Below are positions 29,396 through 38,510 of a stretch of 64,000 nt of DNA, piece by piece; position 1 is the stretch's first letter, and every line of letters starts with the position of its first letter. Source of the DNA: a virus (lineage: Duplodnaviria > Caudoviricetes); the IMG/VR virus record IMGVR_UViG_3300038345_000103, positions 1 through 64,000 of that record. One strand, 5' to 3'. The position numbers and the translations under genes are program-made. A model generated the notes under the pieces. The model worked only from the letters and a program-made list of their open reading frames with translations, searched no databases and was not told where the DNA came from.

Positions 29396-29675
29396 TAATA
29401 TTTATACAGAAGATTGTAATATATCAGGTTTAACTGAATTACTCAATTTTCAAGTATATAAATCTAAAAAGACAGGCAAATATTATGCGTCATTTATACA
29501 CCATACTGGCGGTGGATTTTCAGAATTAATAAAGGCATATGAAAATAATACTTCATTTGAAACAGGAGATTTTAATTTAAGTGGTCATGTATGGCATGAT
29601 TGCAATCTAACTAAAGATGATTATAATGCTTTAGTTACAATAATTAACAAATTAAAACCAGTACAATATAGATAA
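29388..29675 (+). CDS. Hypothetical protein
   Basis: AAGGAG RBS before ATG 29388. Confidence 0.65.
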   Translation: MDDNIYTEDCNISGLTELLNFQVYKSKKTGKYYASFIHHTGGGFSELIKAYENNTSFETGDFNLSGHVWHDCNLTKDDYNALVTIINKLKPVQYR

Positions 29676-29688
29676 GGAGAAAATTAAC

Positions 29689-30006
29689 ATGTTAAATATT
29701 CAAACAGAGGGCGATGAAATCAAAGTAATAGCAGAGGGTACTACACCGGAGGTGTTTAATGAGTTGGGTCTTGTAATTCATAATATTTATAAGACATCTG
29801 TTAGTAATTTAATTGAAGCTAAACCATCTGCTCCAACAATGATACAAGACTTTGTACGTAACCAATTGCTACGTACTATAGCATCAGCAATTGCGACTGC
29901 AGATATGGAATTAACTGAGTCCGGCATTACCACCAATTCAGATTTTGAAGCCATATTTAAGGCTATGTTTGACGATAAGGAGAGAAAAGATGATAGTAAA
30001 ACGTAA
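29689..30006 (+). CDS. Hypothetical protein (weak resemblance to 33106-33447)
   Basis: AAGGAG RBS. Confidence 0.7.
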   Translation: MLNIQTEGDEIKVIAEGTTPEVFNELGLVIHNIYKTSVSNLIEAKPSAPTMIQDFVRNQLLRTIASAIATADMELTESGITTNSDFEAIFKAMFDDKERKDDSKT

Positions 30007-30187
30007 ATATATTACTAATATTGATTTACAACAATACTGCGATAAGAGACATGAAGAATTAGGGTGTGAAGCTTGTTATTCATGCGATTTGAAATTAAGG
30101 ATAAGCAATAGTCAGTGGTGTATTAAAGATGTGCCGGAGCTTAAACAAATGATAACGGAATTTTGGAATGGAGATGTAGAGATATAA
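29990..30187 (+). CDS. Small Cys-rich hypothetical protein
   Basis: AAGGAG RBS; four Cys. Confidence 0.55.
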   Translation: MIVKRKYITNIDLQQYCDKRHEELGCEACYSCDLKLRISNSQWCIKDVPELKQMITEFWNGDVEI

Positions 30188-30204
30188 AAGGAGAGTTAAA
30201 AGGA

Positions 30205-30549
30205 ATGAATACAAAATATAGCGACGAATATATACAAGGTGTAAATGATGTGGTTGAGTGTATTTATAAAATCAGAGCTGCTGAAAATGATGGTGGCATA
30301 CCTCATCATGCTTTAATAAGTATGTTTGGATTATCTAGTCCATCTAACATTTTCATGTCATTCCCTGCTTTAGATATTATAGAAAAGATAAGGCAATGGG
30401 AATGGGAACAGGTTCCTACATTTGACAATGCTATCAAGATTCTTGAACAGGCAAAAGTATATAATAATATAACAGGTTATCGTGACTCTATATCATATAT
30501 CAATCAAGCTATTGATATGTTAAAGCAAATGCAAAAATCAGACCAGTAA
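30205..30549 (+). CDS. Hypothetical protein
   Basis: AAGGAG RBS before ATG 30205. Confidence 0.65.
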   Translation: MNTKYSDEYIQGVNDVVECIYKIRAAENDGGIPHHALISMFGLSSPSNIFMSFPALDIIEKIRQWEWEQVPTFDNAIKILEQAKVYNNITGYRDSISYINQAIDMLKQMQKSDQ

Positions 30550-30706
30550 GGAGACACCAATCAAGAGCCTTAAAGCGTGGAGCAATCTGGAATCCGAAAT
30601 CTTGGCAATCGGTAGTTGGCAGAATGAAAGCGAAATATCTGATTATGGCATTAAGGATTGCTTGGCTATTATTAATAGGCATATAGCAGAAATAAGGGGT
30701 GATTGA

Positions 30707-30738
30707 ATGACAAGAGAAGAAAGAAACATAAAATTAAA
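30707..30738 (+). repeat. 32-bp direct repeat (copy at 31668-31699), with a further 63-bp, 3-mismatch shared block downstream
   Basis: ATGACAAGAGAAGAAAGAAACATAAAATTAAA is identical in both genes. Confidence 0.9.
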
Positions 30739-31162
30739 GCATTTAATCGCTTGTATGAAGTGCGAAGTAAGTGGCAGAGTATGTGATGCAAATTGCCCTA
30801 CTCAATATGAAGCCGGAAATATGGGAGAAATTATAGAAAATCTTAAAGCAATATCCGAAATATTAGAGCAACAGCCTTGTGAGGATTGCATAAGTAGACA
30901 GGTGGTGCTTTCTTATATAGTGAATGATTTGAAATTTGGTGATGAAGAAAATGGATATGATTTAGAACGTAAAATTGCTCAAGAAGAAATATATAATTTT
31001 ATAAAAAAGATGCCACCCGTCACACCAAAGGAAAAGACAGGAAAATGGATTTATAAACAGAGTATATTCGGAGCGGTTTATTGCAGTGAGTGCGATTTTG
31101 AATTAAAGACTAACAATACAAAATTTTGTCCTAACTGCGGAGCAAGGATGGTGAGCGAATGA
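30707..31162 (+). CDS. Mosaic hypothetical protein with C-terminal Zn ribbon
   Basis: CSEC..CPNCGARM; N-terminus shared with 31668-32150. Confidence 0.75.
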   Translation: MTREERNIKLKHLIACMKCEVSGRVCDANCPTQYEAGNMGEIIENLKAISEILEQQPCEDCISRQVVLSYIVNDLKFGDEENGYDLERKIAQEEIYNFIKKMPPVTPKEKTGKWIYKQSIFGAVYCSECDFELKTNNTKFCPNCGARMVSE

Positions 31163-31437
31163 CAGACGAATCTATGAGTTATCTTGACGCATTAACAGAG
31201 ATTAAAAGGTTGAAAGAAGCATTGAATAAGATAAGGGCGGAAATTGAAAAAGAAAGCAATCTTGAATCTAATAGGTTACATTGGGGCGAAGCAATGGGAC
31301 TTAATAAGGCAATAGATATTATCGACAAGCATATTCCAGAATTGACAGAAGAATCTGATGCCGAGTTTATGTGCAAAGCTATGAGTAAAACAATAAATAA
31401 ATCTACTGACGACCGTAATTTTATCGGCGGATTTTGA
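31159..31437 (+). CDS. Hypothetical protein
   Basis: ATGA overlap; L.KIRAEIE..AIDIIDKH pattern. Confidence 0.65.
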   Translation: MTDESMSYLDALTEIKRLKEALNKIRAEIEKESNLESNRLHWGEAMGLNKAIDIIDKHIPELTEESDAEFMCKAMSKTINKSTDDRNFIGGF

Positions 31438-31440
31438 GAG

Positions 31441-31671
31441 GTGATGCAGATGAGTGAGTGGATTCCAGTTACAGAAGATGCTCCACCAAAAGGAACTATA
31501 TGCTTGTGGTGTAATAAGCAAGGAAGCGTATTTATTAGCGCAATAACTTATCGTTCGGAAAATGATAGTTATGTTGGAAAACATGGATATTTTTCCAATG
31601 GATTAGAAAATCATGGAGATATTGTAGCATGGATGCCGTTACCCGAACCATATAAAGAGGTGAGTGAATGA
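31441..31671 (+). CDS. DUF551-like protein
   Basis: MSEWIPVTE..P and VAWMPLPEPY signature. Confidence 0.75.
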   Translation: MMQMSEWIPVTEDAPPKGTICLWCNKQGSVFISAITYRSENDSYVGKHGYFSNGLENHGDIVAWMPLPEPYKEVSE

Positions 31672-32150
31672 CAAGAGAAGAAAGAAACATAAAATTAAAA
31701 CATTATATTACTTGTTTGGAATGTGAATGCAGTGGAAAAGCTTGCGAACCGGATTGTGATATACAATTTAAAGCTGGTAATTTTGGAGAAATTATAGAAA
31801 ATCTTAAAGCCATATCCGAAATAATAGAACAACAGCCTTGTGAGGATGTGGTAAGCAGACAGACGGTAAAAGAAGCTATTTGTGATTACGTTTGTGGAAA
31901 AGATATTAGATGTGTGGCTAATCACGAATGTAACATGAAAAAATTGATTAGCGAGTTACCATCCGTCACACCAAAGGAGAAAATAATACATTGTAAAGAT
32001 TGTAAATATCGAGATTATTGGGGTGATTGTACAAAATGGTCTAAAGAATTAGATGCACATAAAAGTTATATATTGGATGAAAATATGTTTTGTGGATTCG
32101 CTGAATTTAAGGCAGGTGATACAGATGGAAATCTTAACAATGATGCTTGA
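31668..32150 (+). CDS. Mosaic hypothetical protein, paralog of 30707-31162
   Basis: Shared N-terminus; different C-terminal CKDCKY..C..FC module. Confidence 0.75.
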   Translation: MTREERNIKLKHYITCLECECSGKACEPDCDIQFKAGNFGEIIENLKAISEIIEQQPCEDVVSRQTVKEAICDYVCGKDIRCVANHECNMKKLISELPSVTPKEKIIHCKDCKYRDYWGDCTKWSKELDAHKSYILDENMFCGFAEFKAGDTDGNLNNDA

Positions 32151-32430
32151 ACTGTACTTGGGTTTGATTTTACTTTATGTGTTGTTATGGCTTGGACTTT
32201 ATAAGTTGGTGAAATGGCTATGGATTGAAAGGTGATACAGATGGAAACAGTTGTGAGGTAGACAATGAGCGTAGAAAACGAAAAAGTCTGTTGTAATTGC
32301 AAACATAAAAGGAATAGAGATGATAATAACGAGATATACTGTTGGTGTAACTTTACAGGAAGATATTTAAGTTACGCTGAGGTTATGACAGGTTGGTGCA
32401 GACATTGGGCGAAAAATAAGGAGGTATCAG

Positions 32431-32709
32431 ATGGAAACAGTTGAAATTATAATCAAGATTCCTCGTTCTGAATTAGAATATGCCAAGAAAGGTTACACTA
32501 AAGCCAAAGCTGACGTGGTTTACAGAGCAATCGAAAATGGCACTATACTTCCTGAAAATCATGGAAGATTGATTGATGCAGATGAACTCTTGTCAAAGGA
32601 AAGACCAAATGGAATATCCGATGATGTATGGGAAGAAAGCCACATTTATAAAATGCTGACAAATGCACCTACAATCATAGAAGCAGACAAGGATGGTGAT
32701 ACAGAATGA
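32431..32709 (+). CDS. Hypothetical protein; C-terminal half duplicated in 8110-8415
   Basis: AGGAGG RBS; shared segment. Confidence 0.75.
   Translation: METVEIIIKIPRSELEYAKKGYTKAKADVVYRAIENGTILPENHGRLIDADELLSKERPNGISDDVWEESHIYKMLTNAPTIIEADKDGDTE
32570..32684 (+). repeat. Dispersed direct repeat, copy 2 (copy 1 at 8258-8372)
   Basis: Same 100-bp identical block as 8258-8357. Confidence 0.9.
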
Positions 32710-32966
32710 ATATATGTAAAATATGTCAGTTAAGTAGCCCAAGTGGCTGTACCAAGCTAAGCAATGAAGTTTGTCTTAAGGACGCACCCAAATTGATTAG
32801 AGCATCGACTACAAATGGTGATGTGATAAAGGCTATATTTCCCCACCATGATATAGAAGTGAATGAACAAAAGAATTATGTTCAGGTATTCTATGACAGT
32901 TTTTATACCACTTATCCTTTAAGATGGTGGCTTGAACCTTATAAAGCAAAGAATGAAGACAGATGA
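32706..32966 (+). CDS. Hypothetical protein
   Basis: ATGA overlap; TNGDVIKAIFP..WW.EPYK pattern. Confidence 0.65.
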   Translation: MNICKICQLSSPSGCTKLSNEVCLKDAPKLIRASTTNGDVIKAIFPHHDIEVNEQKNYVQVFYDSFYTTYPLRWWLEPYKAKNEDR

Positions 32967-33105
32967 ATTTACATATTACAGATAAAGAAATACAAAAACG
33001 TATTCGCCGGCTTAGATATAAAGGGTGTGCAAATTGCGAAAAACGAAAAATGTGCGAATGGGATGAACAAGGCGGGGATGGACATTTACATTTCATCTGT
33101 CCGCG

Positions 33106-33447
33106 TTGGAAGAAAATAGGAGGATAACAATAATGCTTGATATTAAAATGAATCGTGGCAACGTAGAAAAAATGATGGTCTCTGGTGATTTAGCAGACAT
33201 ATCAGCGGACTTTGTATTATTATATAAGACGATATATGAAAGCCTGTTAAAAGATAATAAAGAACATGCTTTAGCATTTAAAAATAATATTTTTAAGGCG
33301 TTTCCTTATGCAGAAAAACTTGCTGAAAAGGATGTTGCAGAGAACAATGTTAAGGCTATTAATCTGGCTACGTCTGAGGGACGAAGGGCATTTCTTGACA
33401 TGTTAAAAAAGAAAGCGTATGCTGAAGCCGAAGGGCTTAATGAATAA
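33106..33447 (+). CDS. Hypothetical protein (true start probably near 33133)
   Basis: AGGAGG RBS at 33118-33123. Confidence 0.65.
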   Translation: MEENRRITIMLDIKMNRGNVEKMMVSGDLADISADFVLLYKTIYESLLKDNKEHALAFKNNIFKAFPYAEKLAEKDVAENNVKAINLATSEGRRAFLDMLKKKAYAEAEGLNE

Positions 33448-33461
33448 AGGAGGAAAAGACC

Positions 33462-33941
33462 ATGAATGATTTTAAAACAACCGATGATATTATTATTTGC
33501 GAGATGCCAAAAGGAACACATATTGTCGCCCAATATATGAAGGCTACAGACACTCTTAGTGTTTCTCCTAGTGATTTTGCAATGAAGCATCGCGAATTTA
33601 CAAAGGAAATACTGGCAGACAATACTATTTTTGGTACATGGGATGAAGAGACCGACAAATGGTATGTACATGATATTGCCAATATTGATAAAAAGACATA
33701 CTTTACACAAAAGGAATTGTATGATTTCTGTATTGAACATAACTTTTTATGTGTTGATGTAAAATATCGTGGCAAATTCCATTCTGTTGAACACTGCTTA
33801 TCATTCCTTCGTCATGCTGATAAGGATAAGGTTCAGGGCATTTGGGTTAAGCAGGACGTAGCTGATGCAGAAAAGAGAAGAACATGTTTCTATACTCTTA
33901 GCGACAAAGTAATTAATATGGATGAGATTAAAAGGACATAA
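33462..33941 (+). CDS. Hypothetical protein
   Basis: AGGAGG RBS. Confidence 0.7.
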   Translation: MNDFKTTDDIIICEMPKGTHIVAQYMKATDTLSVSPSDFAMKHREFTKEILADNTIFGTWDEETDKWYVHDIANIDKKTYFTQKELYDFCIEHNFLCVDVKYRGKFHSVEHCLSFLRHADKDKVQGIWVKQDVADAEKRRTCFYTLSDKVINMDEIKRT

Positions 33942-33943
33942 AG

Positions 33944-34864
33944 ATGATTAGTATTATTATTCCCTGTTATAATGTAGGGTGGACTATTGGGCGTTGCCTT
34001 GAGTCCATCCTTCTTCAAACGTATGAAGATTATGAAATTATCATTGTAGATTATGGTTCGACAGATGATACTAAACAAGTCATTGATAAAGTAATGTCAG
34101 GAACTTTACAACGATACCATTATCACTATACGCAGAATTACGGCAAGCCCGCTGCTCTCCGCTATGGTATCGCTCAAGCATCCGGCGATTATCTGTTTTT
34201 TATCAACGGGCATGATTTCTTAAATCAGAATATCCTTCAGTTTTTACATCATGGACTGGTCGCAAGTAAGGTTGATTTTATCGTTTGTGATTATAGAAAT
34301 GCCGGTTATCATTCACGTCAGATGAATGTATATAGAACACCTACAGATGTTTATGTTAATAAGCATACGCCGGATATATACATCACAAAAACATGTCAGT
34401 CTAATGTCCATTCTGATTTACGTTTTAACAGAATATGGGGCAAGCTCTTTAAAAAGGAGTTGTTCTCAGGACTTAAATTTACCGATGATGCAGGGGCTGA
34501 AATTACGCTGATGCATAATCTGACGTTAAAAAGCACATTAATCGGTGTAATAAGTAATGTTTTATATTTTCGTACCACACCTCCGAATGTCGTTGTGGAT
34601 ATGTCAATCGCTCAGGCGTATAAAGAGCGTACTCAATATATAGAACAGCACGTCAAGAAATATGGAGCCGCAACTCTTAACCATATGTGTTTTCAATACA
34701 TCATGGCTTTACTGGAAGTGTTTCGCTGTAATACAGATAAGGCAATTAAAACCGACTGCGTACGGATAATCAACGACGTCCTTCAGAAACATCCAAATTG
34801 CCTAATAGATGATAAGGTATCCATATATGTAAAAAAAATAACAAAAGCCTACTTGACAAACTGA
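33944..34864 (+). CDS. Glycosyltransferase family 2
   Basis: ISIIIPCYN, EIIIVDYGSTD, ALRYGI..ASGDYLFF; the DxD motif reads NGHD. Confidence 0.85.
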   Translation: MISIIIPCYNVGWTIGRCLESILLQTYEDYEIIIVDYGSTDDTKQVIDKVMSGTLQRYHYHYTQNYGKPAALRYGIAQASGDYLFFINGHDFLNQNILQFLHHGLVASKVDFIVCDYRNAGYHSRQMNVYRTPTDVYVNKHTPDIYITKTCQSNVHSDLRFNRIWGKLFKKELFSGLKFTDDAGAEITLMHNLTLKSTLIGVISNVLYFRTTPPNVVVDMSIAQAYKERTQYIEQHVKKYGAATLNHMCFQYIMALLEVFRCNTDKAIKTDCVRIINDVLQKHPNCLIDDKVSIYVKKITKAYLTN

Positions 34865-34881
34865 TTAAAATTTGCTACCAT
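34853..34881 (+). promoter_or_regulatory. Sigma70-type promoter with extended -10
   Basis: TTGACA-17bp-TACCAT preceded by TGn. Confidence 0.6.
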
Positions 34882-34948
34882 ACGATTAAACAAGTTATAA
34901 ATTAAGTCTATAAAAACTCACAATATAATTTAATACTAGGAGGTTCAC

Positions 34949-35509
34949 ATGGCTTTTGATGATGTCATTATGACTATCGAAAACGATGATATGCGGAAGT
35001 TTGCCCAAAAAGCAATTGCAATTATTCCGCCTTATTTCTATGAGGTTGCAGCCTCTTCTACCGGCAAGTATCATCCGTCCTATGCTTTAGGGCAGGGTGG
35101 TCTTTATAGACATACGCTTGCCGTCGTCAAGTTTGTAAACTATATGCTTGAAATCGACTGCTTTAAGAATCGTTGGGATTCAAAAGGACGTGATATGATA
35201 CGTATTGCGGCTATAATGCATGATTCATTTAAGAGCGGTACTCAGGAAGAATACAAACAAAACAAGTATACCAAACATGAACATCCGATAATCGCCGCTA
35301 TCAAAGTACGTGAACTTGTAGGCTGTGGCATAATTGATGACAAAGAAATCCTACAGATTTCGGAAATCATGGCATCGCATATGGGGCAATTTAATACCAG
35401 TCCTCGTAGTGATGTCGTTCTACCGTTACCCACCAATAAGTCTCAGCACTTACTTCACTTAGCGGACTACTTAGCTTCAAGAAAGGATATTGAAGTTTTG
35501 TTTACATAA
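34949..35509 (+). CDS. HD-domain phosphohydrolase
   Basis: ASSTGKYHP, GGLYRHT, IMHD, HP, SHMG and HLADY motifs. Confidence 0.85.
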   Translation: MAFDDVIMTIENDDMRKFAQKAIAIIPPYFYEVAASSTGKYHPSYALGQGGLYRHTLAVVKFVNYMLEIDCFKNRWDSKGRDMIRIAAIMHDSFKSGTQEEYKQNKYTKHEHPIIAAIKVRELVGCGIIDDKEILQISEIMASHMGQFNTSPRSDVVLPLPTNKSQHLLHLADYLASRKDIEVLFT

Positions 35510-35527
35510 CAAGACGATAATTAAGAA

Positions 35528-35863
35528 ATGATGACACTAATTTCATGGAATCCTGATATTGCATTTTTACAAATGCATAAACTTACCTATGAACAGGTAA
35601 TCAACCTACAAGTAGGCGAAAGCATTTATTACGTCAATCTTGACGATGATATTTCAGGTATAGTGTATGATGCTAAGGTTGTTGCTAAGACGCCTTATCA
35701 ACTTATCTTAGAGTGTAGGGCTATTAAGGAGACTATTGAAATGCAGATGCTTTCAACAAGCGATTATGCTCATCTTGAGGGCTTTGCATTTAATGAAGCA
35801 CGTACACTTTCTAAACAGATACTATATGAAAACTTAATATTTAAAGATGAATTAAGGAGATAA
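35528..35863 (+). CDS. Hypothetical protein
   Basis: ORF track; start uncertain. Confidence 0.55.
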   Translation: MMTLISWNPDIAFLQMHKLTYEQVINLQVGESIYYVNLDDDISGIVYDAKVVAKTPYQLILECRAIKETIEMQMLSTSDYAHLEGFAFNEARTLSKQILYENLIFKDELRR

Positions 35864-36034
35864 CAATGAATCAAACGGAGTTAATACTAATCAAGTTGGA
35901 AGTTCGCGACAGCATATTAAGCCATGGCATTCCTGCCGATGTAAAGCGTGGCACTAATACCGAAATTGCCAAATATGTAAGTGAGTTAGTGGCTGATGTT
36001 ATTAAAGAAAAGGTTATGAAGGGCAGGTGCTGAT

Positions 36035-36541
36035 ATGGATATAAAGATTATACTTCAAACCATGACCATAAATATAGCCACCGGACTTCTGATAATCATT
36101 ATGGCAGGCGGACAGCCTAAGTTAGATGGTTATGCTAAAATGATGGGCATTGATACAAAGTCCAAAGAGTTTAAGACGGAACTCAATCATATGGCAGGAG
36201 CAGTGCAAATAGAGAATGGCAACAACGGCGATGAAATAATATTACTTACGGCTTCTGTAATAGAAAACAGGAAACAAAGTAGCAAATGGAAGGGTTCAAC
36301 GACTGAAGAAGTTGTACTTGCTAAAGAGGGACATTGCTGGCAGTACGCTCCTGTTACACGAGAAGGGTTTAAAACCAAAAAAGCCAGTAAACGTGTAAGA
36401 TATTTATGTAAGTTTGTATTGATATTTGGTCCGGTATGTCCGTCTAACGTAGTATACCAAGCTCAAGGCACGAACGGAAGCGGCGTATATAAACGTTGCC
36501 CTGTTAAAGGACAAAAGGACGAAATTTTTTGTTATGAATGA
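36035..36541 (+). CDS. SleB/Hydrolase_2-like cell wall hydrolase with N-terminal hydrophobic anchor
   Basis: VQIENG...ASVIENR...TTEEVV...QY pattern; VYQAQ..NGSG. Confidence 0.5.
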   Translation: MDIKIILQTMTINIATGLLIIIMAGGQPKLDGYAKMMGIDTKSKEFKTELNHMAGAVQIENGNNGDEIILLTASVIENRKQSSKWKGSTTEEVVLAKEGHCWQYAPVTREGFKTKKASKRVRYLCKFVLIFGPVCPSNVVYQAQGTNGSGVYKRCPVKGQKDEIFCYE

Positions 36542-36553
36542 AAGGACAGTATT

Positions 36554-36793
36554 ATGTTAAAGAGCGTCGTTGTACTTTTAGCGTTTACTATTATATTCAT
36601 TATAGTTGTCATTATTGAATTACGTTTGGAAGCGGCAGAATACTATTATAATTGCTATAAACGTATGCAATTCTCTTATAATGTAACGGACTTTAAGTGT
36701 GCCGGTCTTGGTCATAACATATGTACAAAATGTCCTTATCATAAACGTCATTTAAAAAGCATAAACAAGTTGAAAAATAAGGAGCGAACATGA
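36554..36793 (+). CDS. Small membrane-anchored Cys-containing protein
   Basis: N-terminal transmembrane helix; C..C..C. Confidence 0.6.
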   Translation: MLKSVVVLLAFTIIFIIVVIIELRLEAAEYYYNCYKRMQFSYNVTDFKCAGLGHNICTKCPYHKRHLKSINKLKNKERT

Positions 36794-37344
36794 AAGTTGA
36801 TATTTTTACCACGGATAAAAAATATGGAATCATATATGCAGACCCGCCTTGGAAACAAAGTAAGGGTGGCAAGAAATCAGTAAGAGCCAATAGTAGTGGC
36901 ACCGCATTAGATTATCCTGTTTTAGGTACAGATGATATTAAGAAATACCTTCAGGCGGCTGATGCGTTAACCGTAGGAGACAGCGTTTTATTCTTATGGA
37001 CTATTGATAAATACTTATTTGATGCTGAACTTATTGCCAAATCATTAGGTTACAAACTTCATGCTCGTATGATATGGGATAAAGTTACCGGTATACCGGC
37101 AGCCTTTACTGTCAGATATGCACATGAATATCTGCTCTTTATGTATAAGGGCAAACTGTTACCTATTGCCAAAGAAGAACGTGGCAAAATCAGTACTGTC
37201 TTTAGAGAGCAGGTCAAAAGGCATAGTCAGAAACCTGAGATTGCTTATCAGATAATAGAAAGATTGTATCCTTATCACGATAAACTTGAACTGTTTGCAA
37301 GGAATCAGCGTGAAGGTTGGGATTGTTGGGGTGACGAAGTATGA
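36790..37344 (+). CDS. MT-A70-family adenine methyltransferase
   Basis: IYADPPW, LFLWT, HEYLLF, HSQKPE and ELFAR motifs. Confidence 0.9.
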   Translation: MKVDIFTTDKKYGIIYADPPWKQSKGGKKSVRANSSGTALDYPVLGTDDIKKYLQAADALTVGDSVLFLWTIDKYLFDAELIAKSLGYKLHARMIWDKVTGIPAAFTVRYAHEYLLFMYKGKLLPIAKEERGKISTVFREQVKRHSQKPEIAYQIIERLYPYHDKLELFARNQREGWDCWGDEV

Positions 37345-37691
37345 CAAATTGTCCGAACTGTAGTGGCTTATTAAAGCCCGACTCATGCAAATGTGAATTT
37401 TGCGGTTCTTATTTCTTTGATTTTTGTGGAATTAATTTTGAAGAACATAAGCCATTTTATATGCACATAAAGACACAACAGGGTGTTGCAACAATGAAAG
37501 TGTTACCGGGTATAAGTACATTTGAAGAAACATCGGAGCCTACTTATATCACAGATGCAAAGCATAATACTATAGTGGCAATGCATTATAAGTGTTCAGC
37601 CAGTTTGCACATTGATTTTGATTGTTTGCCAATGGATGCTGAGGGTACGTTAGTTAAACTTGATGAGGAGGCTGCAGATGGGAAGATGTAA
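37341..37691 (+). CDS. Zn-ribbon hypothetical protein
   Basis: CPNC..CEFCGS. Confidence 0.7.
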   Translation: MTNCPNCSGLLKPDSCKCEFCGSYFFDFCGINFEEHKPFYMHIKTQQGVATMKVLPGISTFEETSEPTYITDAKHNTIVAMHYKCSASLHIDFDCLPMDAEGTLVKLDEEAADGKM

Positions 37692-37989
37692 TTGCGATAC
37701 TTGTGGGTATCATATCAATGGTAAATGTGCTCAAGAAGCCAACATGACAAATGAGGAGTATGAAGATTATTTTATTTTTAAAATCAACTGTCCTCATTAC
37801 AGTACTGGAGTTAAGGATATTAATACAGTCATCTGTGAATTTATGTCAGATACATTCGGCAAGCCTTGCAAATTGGCAGTCTCCGTTCCGACTAGATGTA
37901 ATAACGATTGTGCCGATTCAGCACAGGCTTGTTGGATAAGAACATTCTTAGCTATAAAGGAGAAAAACGATGGACAAAATAATACCTGA
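37678..37989 (+). CDS. Cys-rich hypothetical protein
   Basis: GAGGAGG RBS before ATG 37678. Confidence 0.65.
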   Translation: MGRCNCDTCGYHINGKCAQEANMTNEEYEDYFIFKINCPHYSTGVKDINTVICEFMSDTFGKPCKLAVSVPTRCNNDCADSAQACWIRTFLAIKEKNDGQNNT

Positions 37990-38338
37990 TGATATAATCG
38001 ATGACTCCTTATGTATTCATACGTCAATCGATTTTAAACAGGGTATCTTAACTTATTGGATAGATGCCGTGTTTTCCTCAGTTGATAATGTTACATATGA
38101 CATAAACATCGAACACCGTCGAGACAGTTCAATAATGATATGTCGTAAGAACGATAAGCGGTTTAAGTTTTATTTTTCTCCATATGTATCTCAACGGTAC
38201 TTAAGGTTTGTTTTGCCTGAGTACGCTAAAAGTAAGCCGGCTATCAATCATAAGCTTGAAATTATATCATTTATTAACAAGATTATTCAACACAATCTTG
38301 GATGTGAAGAGGTGACAGATGAAAACTTATTTCATTAA
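37970..38338 (+). CDS. Hypothetical protein
   Basis: AAGGAG RBS. Confidence 0.65.
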   Translation: MDKIIPDDIIDDSLCIHTSIDFKQGILTYWIDAVFSSVDNVTYDINIEHRRDSSIMICRKNDKRFKFYFSPYVSQRYLRFVLPEYAKSKPAINHKLEIISFINKIIQHNLGCEEVTDENLFH

Positions 38339-38510
38339 AAAGTGGCGTGCTATTGCGATGCTGAAATATATTAAGGCTAATATACATCGTTCTAATATTC
38401 TTGAAATAATTGATAAGTATATTGATTTTACAAAAACAGTTGAAGAAGAATTGGAGACGGAACAGAATGAACCGAGACAACAACGAACAAATACAGCAAT
38501 TACAGAATAG
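38319..38510 (+). CDS. Hypothetical protein
   Basis: GAGG RBS. Confidence 0.5.
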   Translation: MKTYFIKKWRAIAMLKYIKANIHRSNILEIIDKYIDFTKTVEEELETEQNEPRQQRTNTAITE

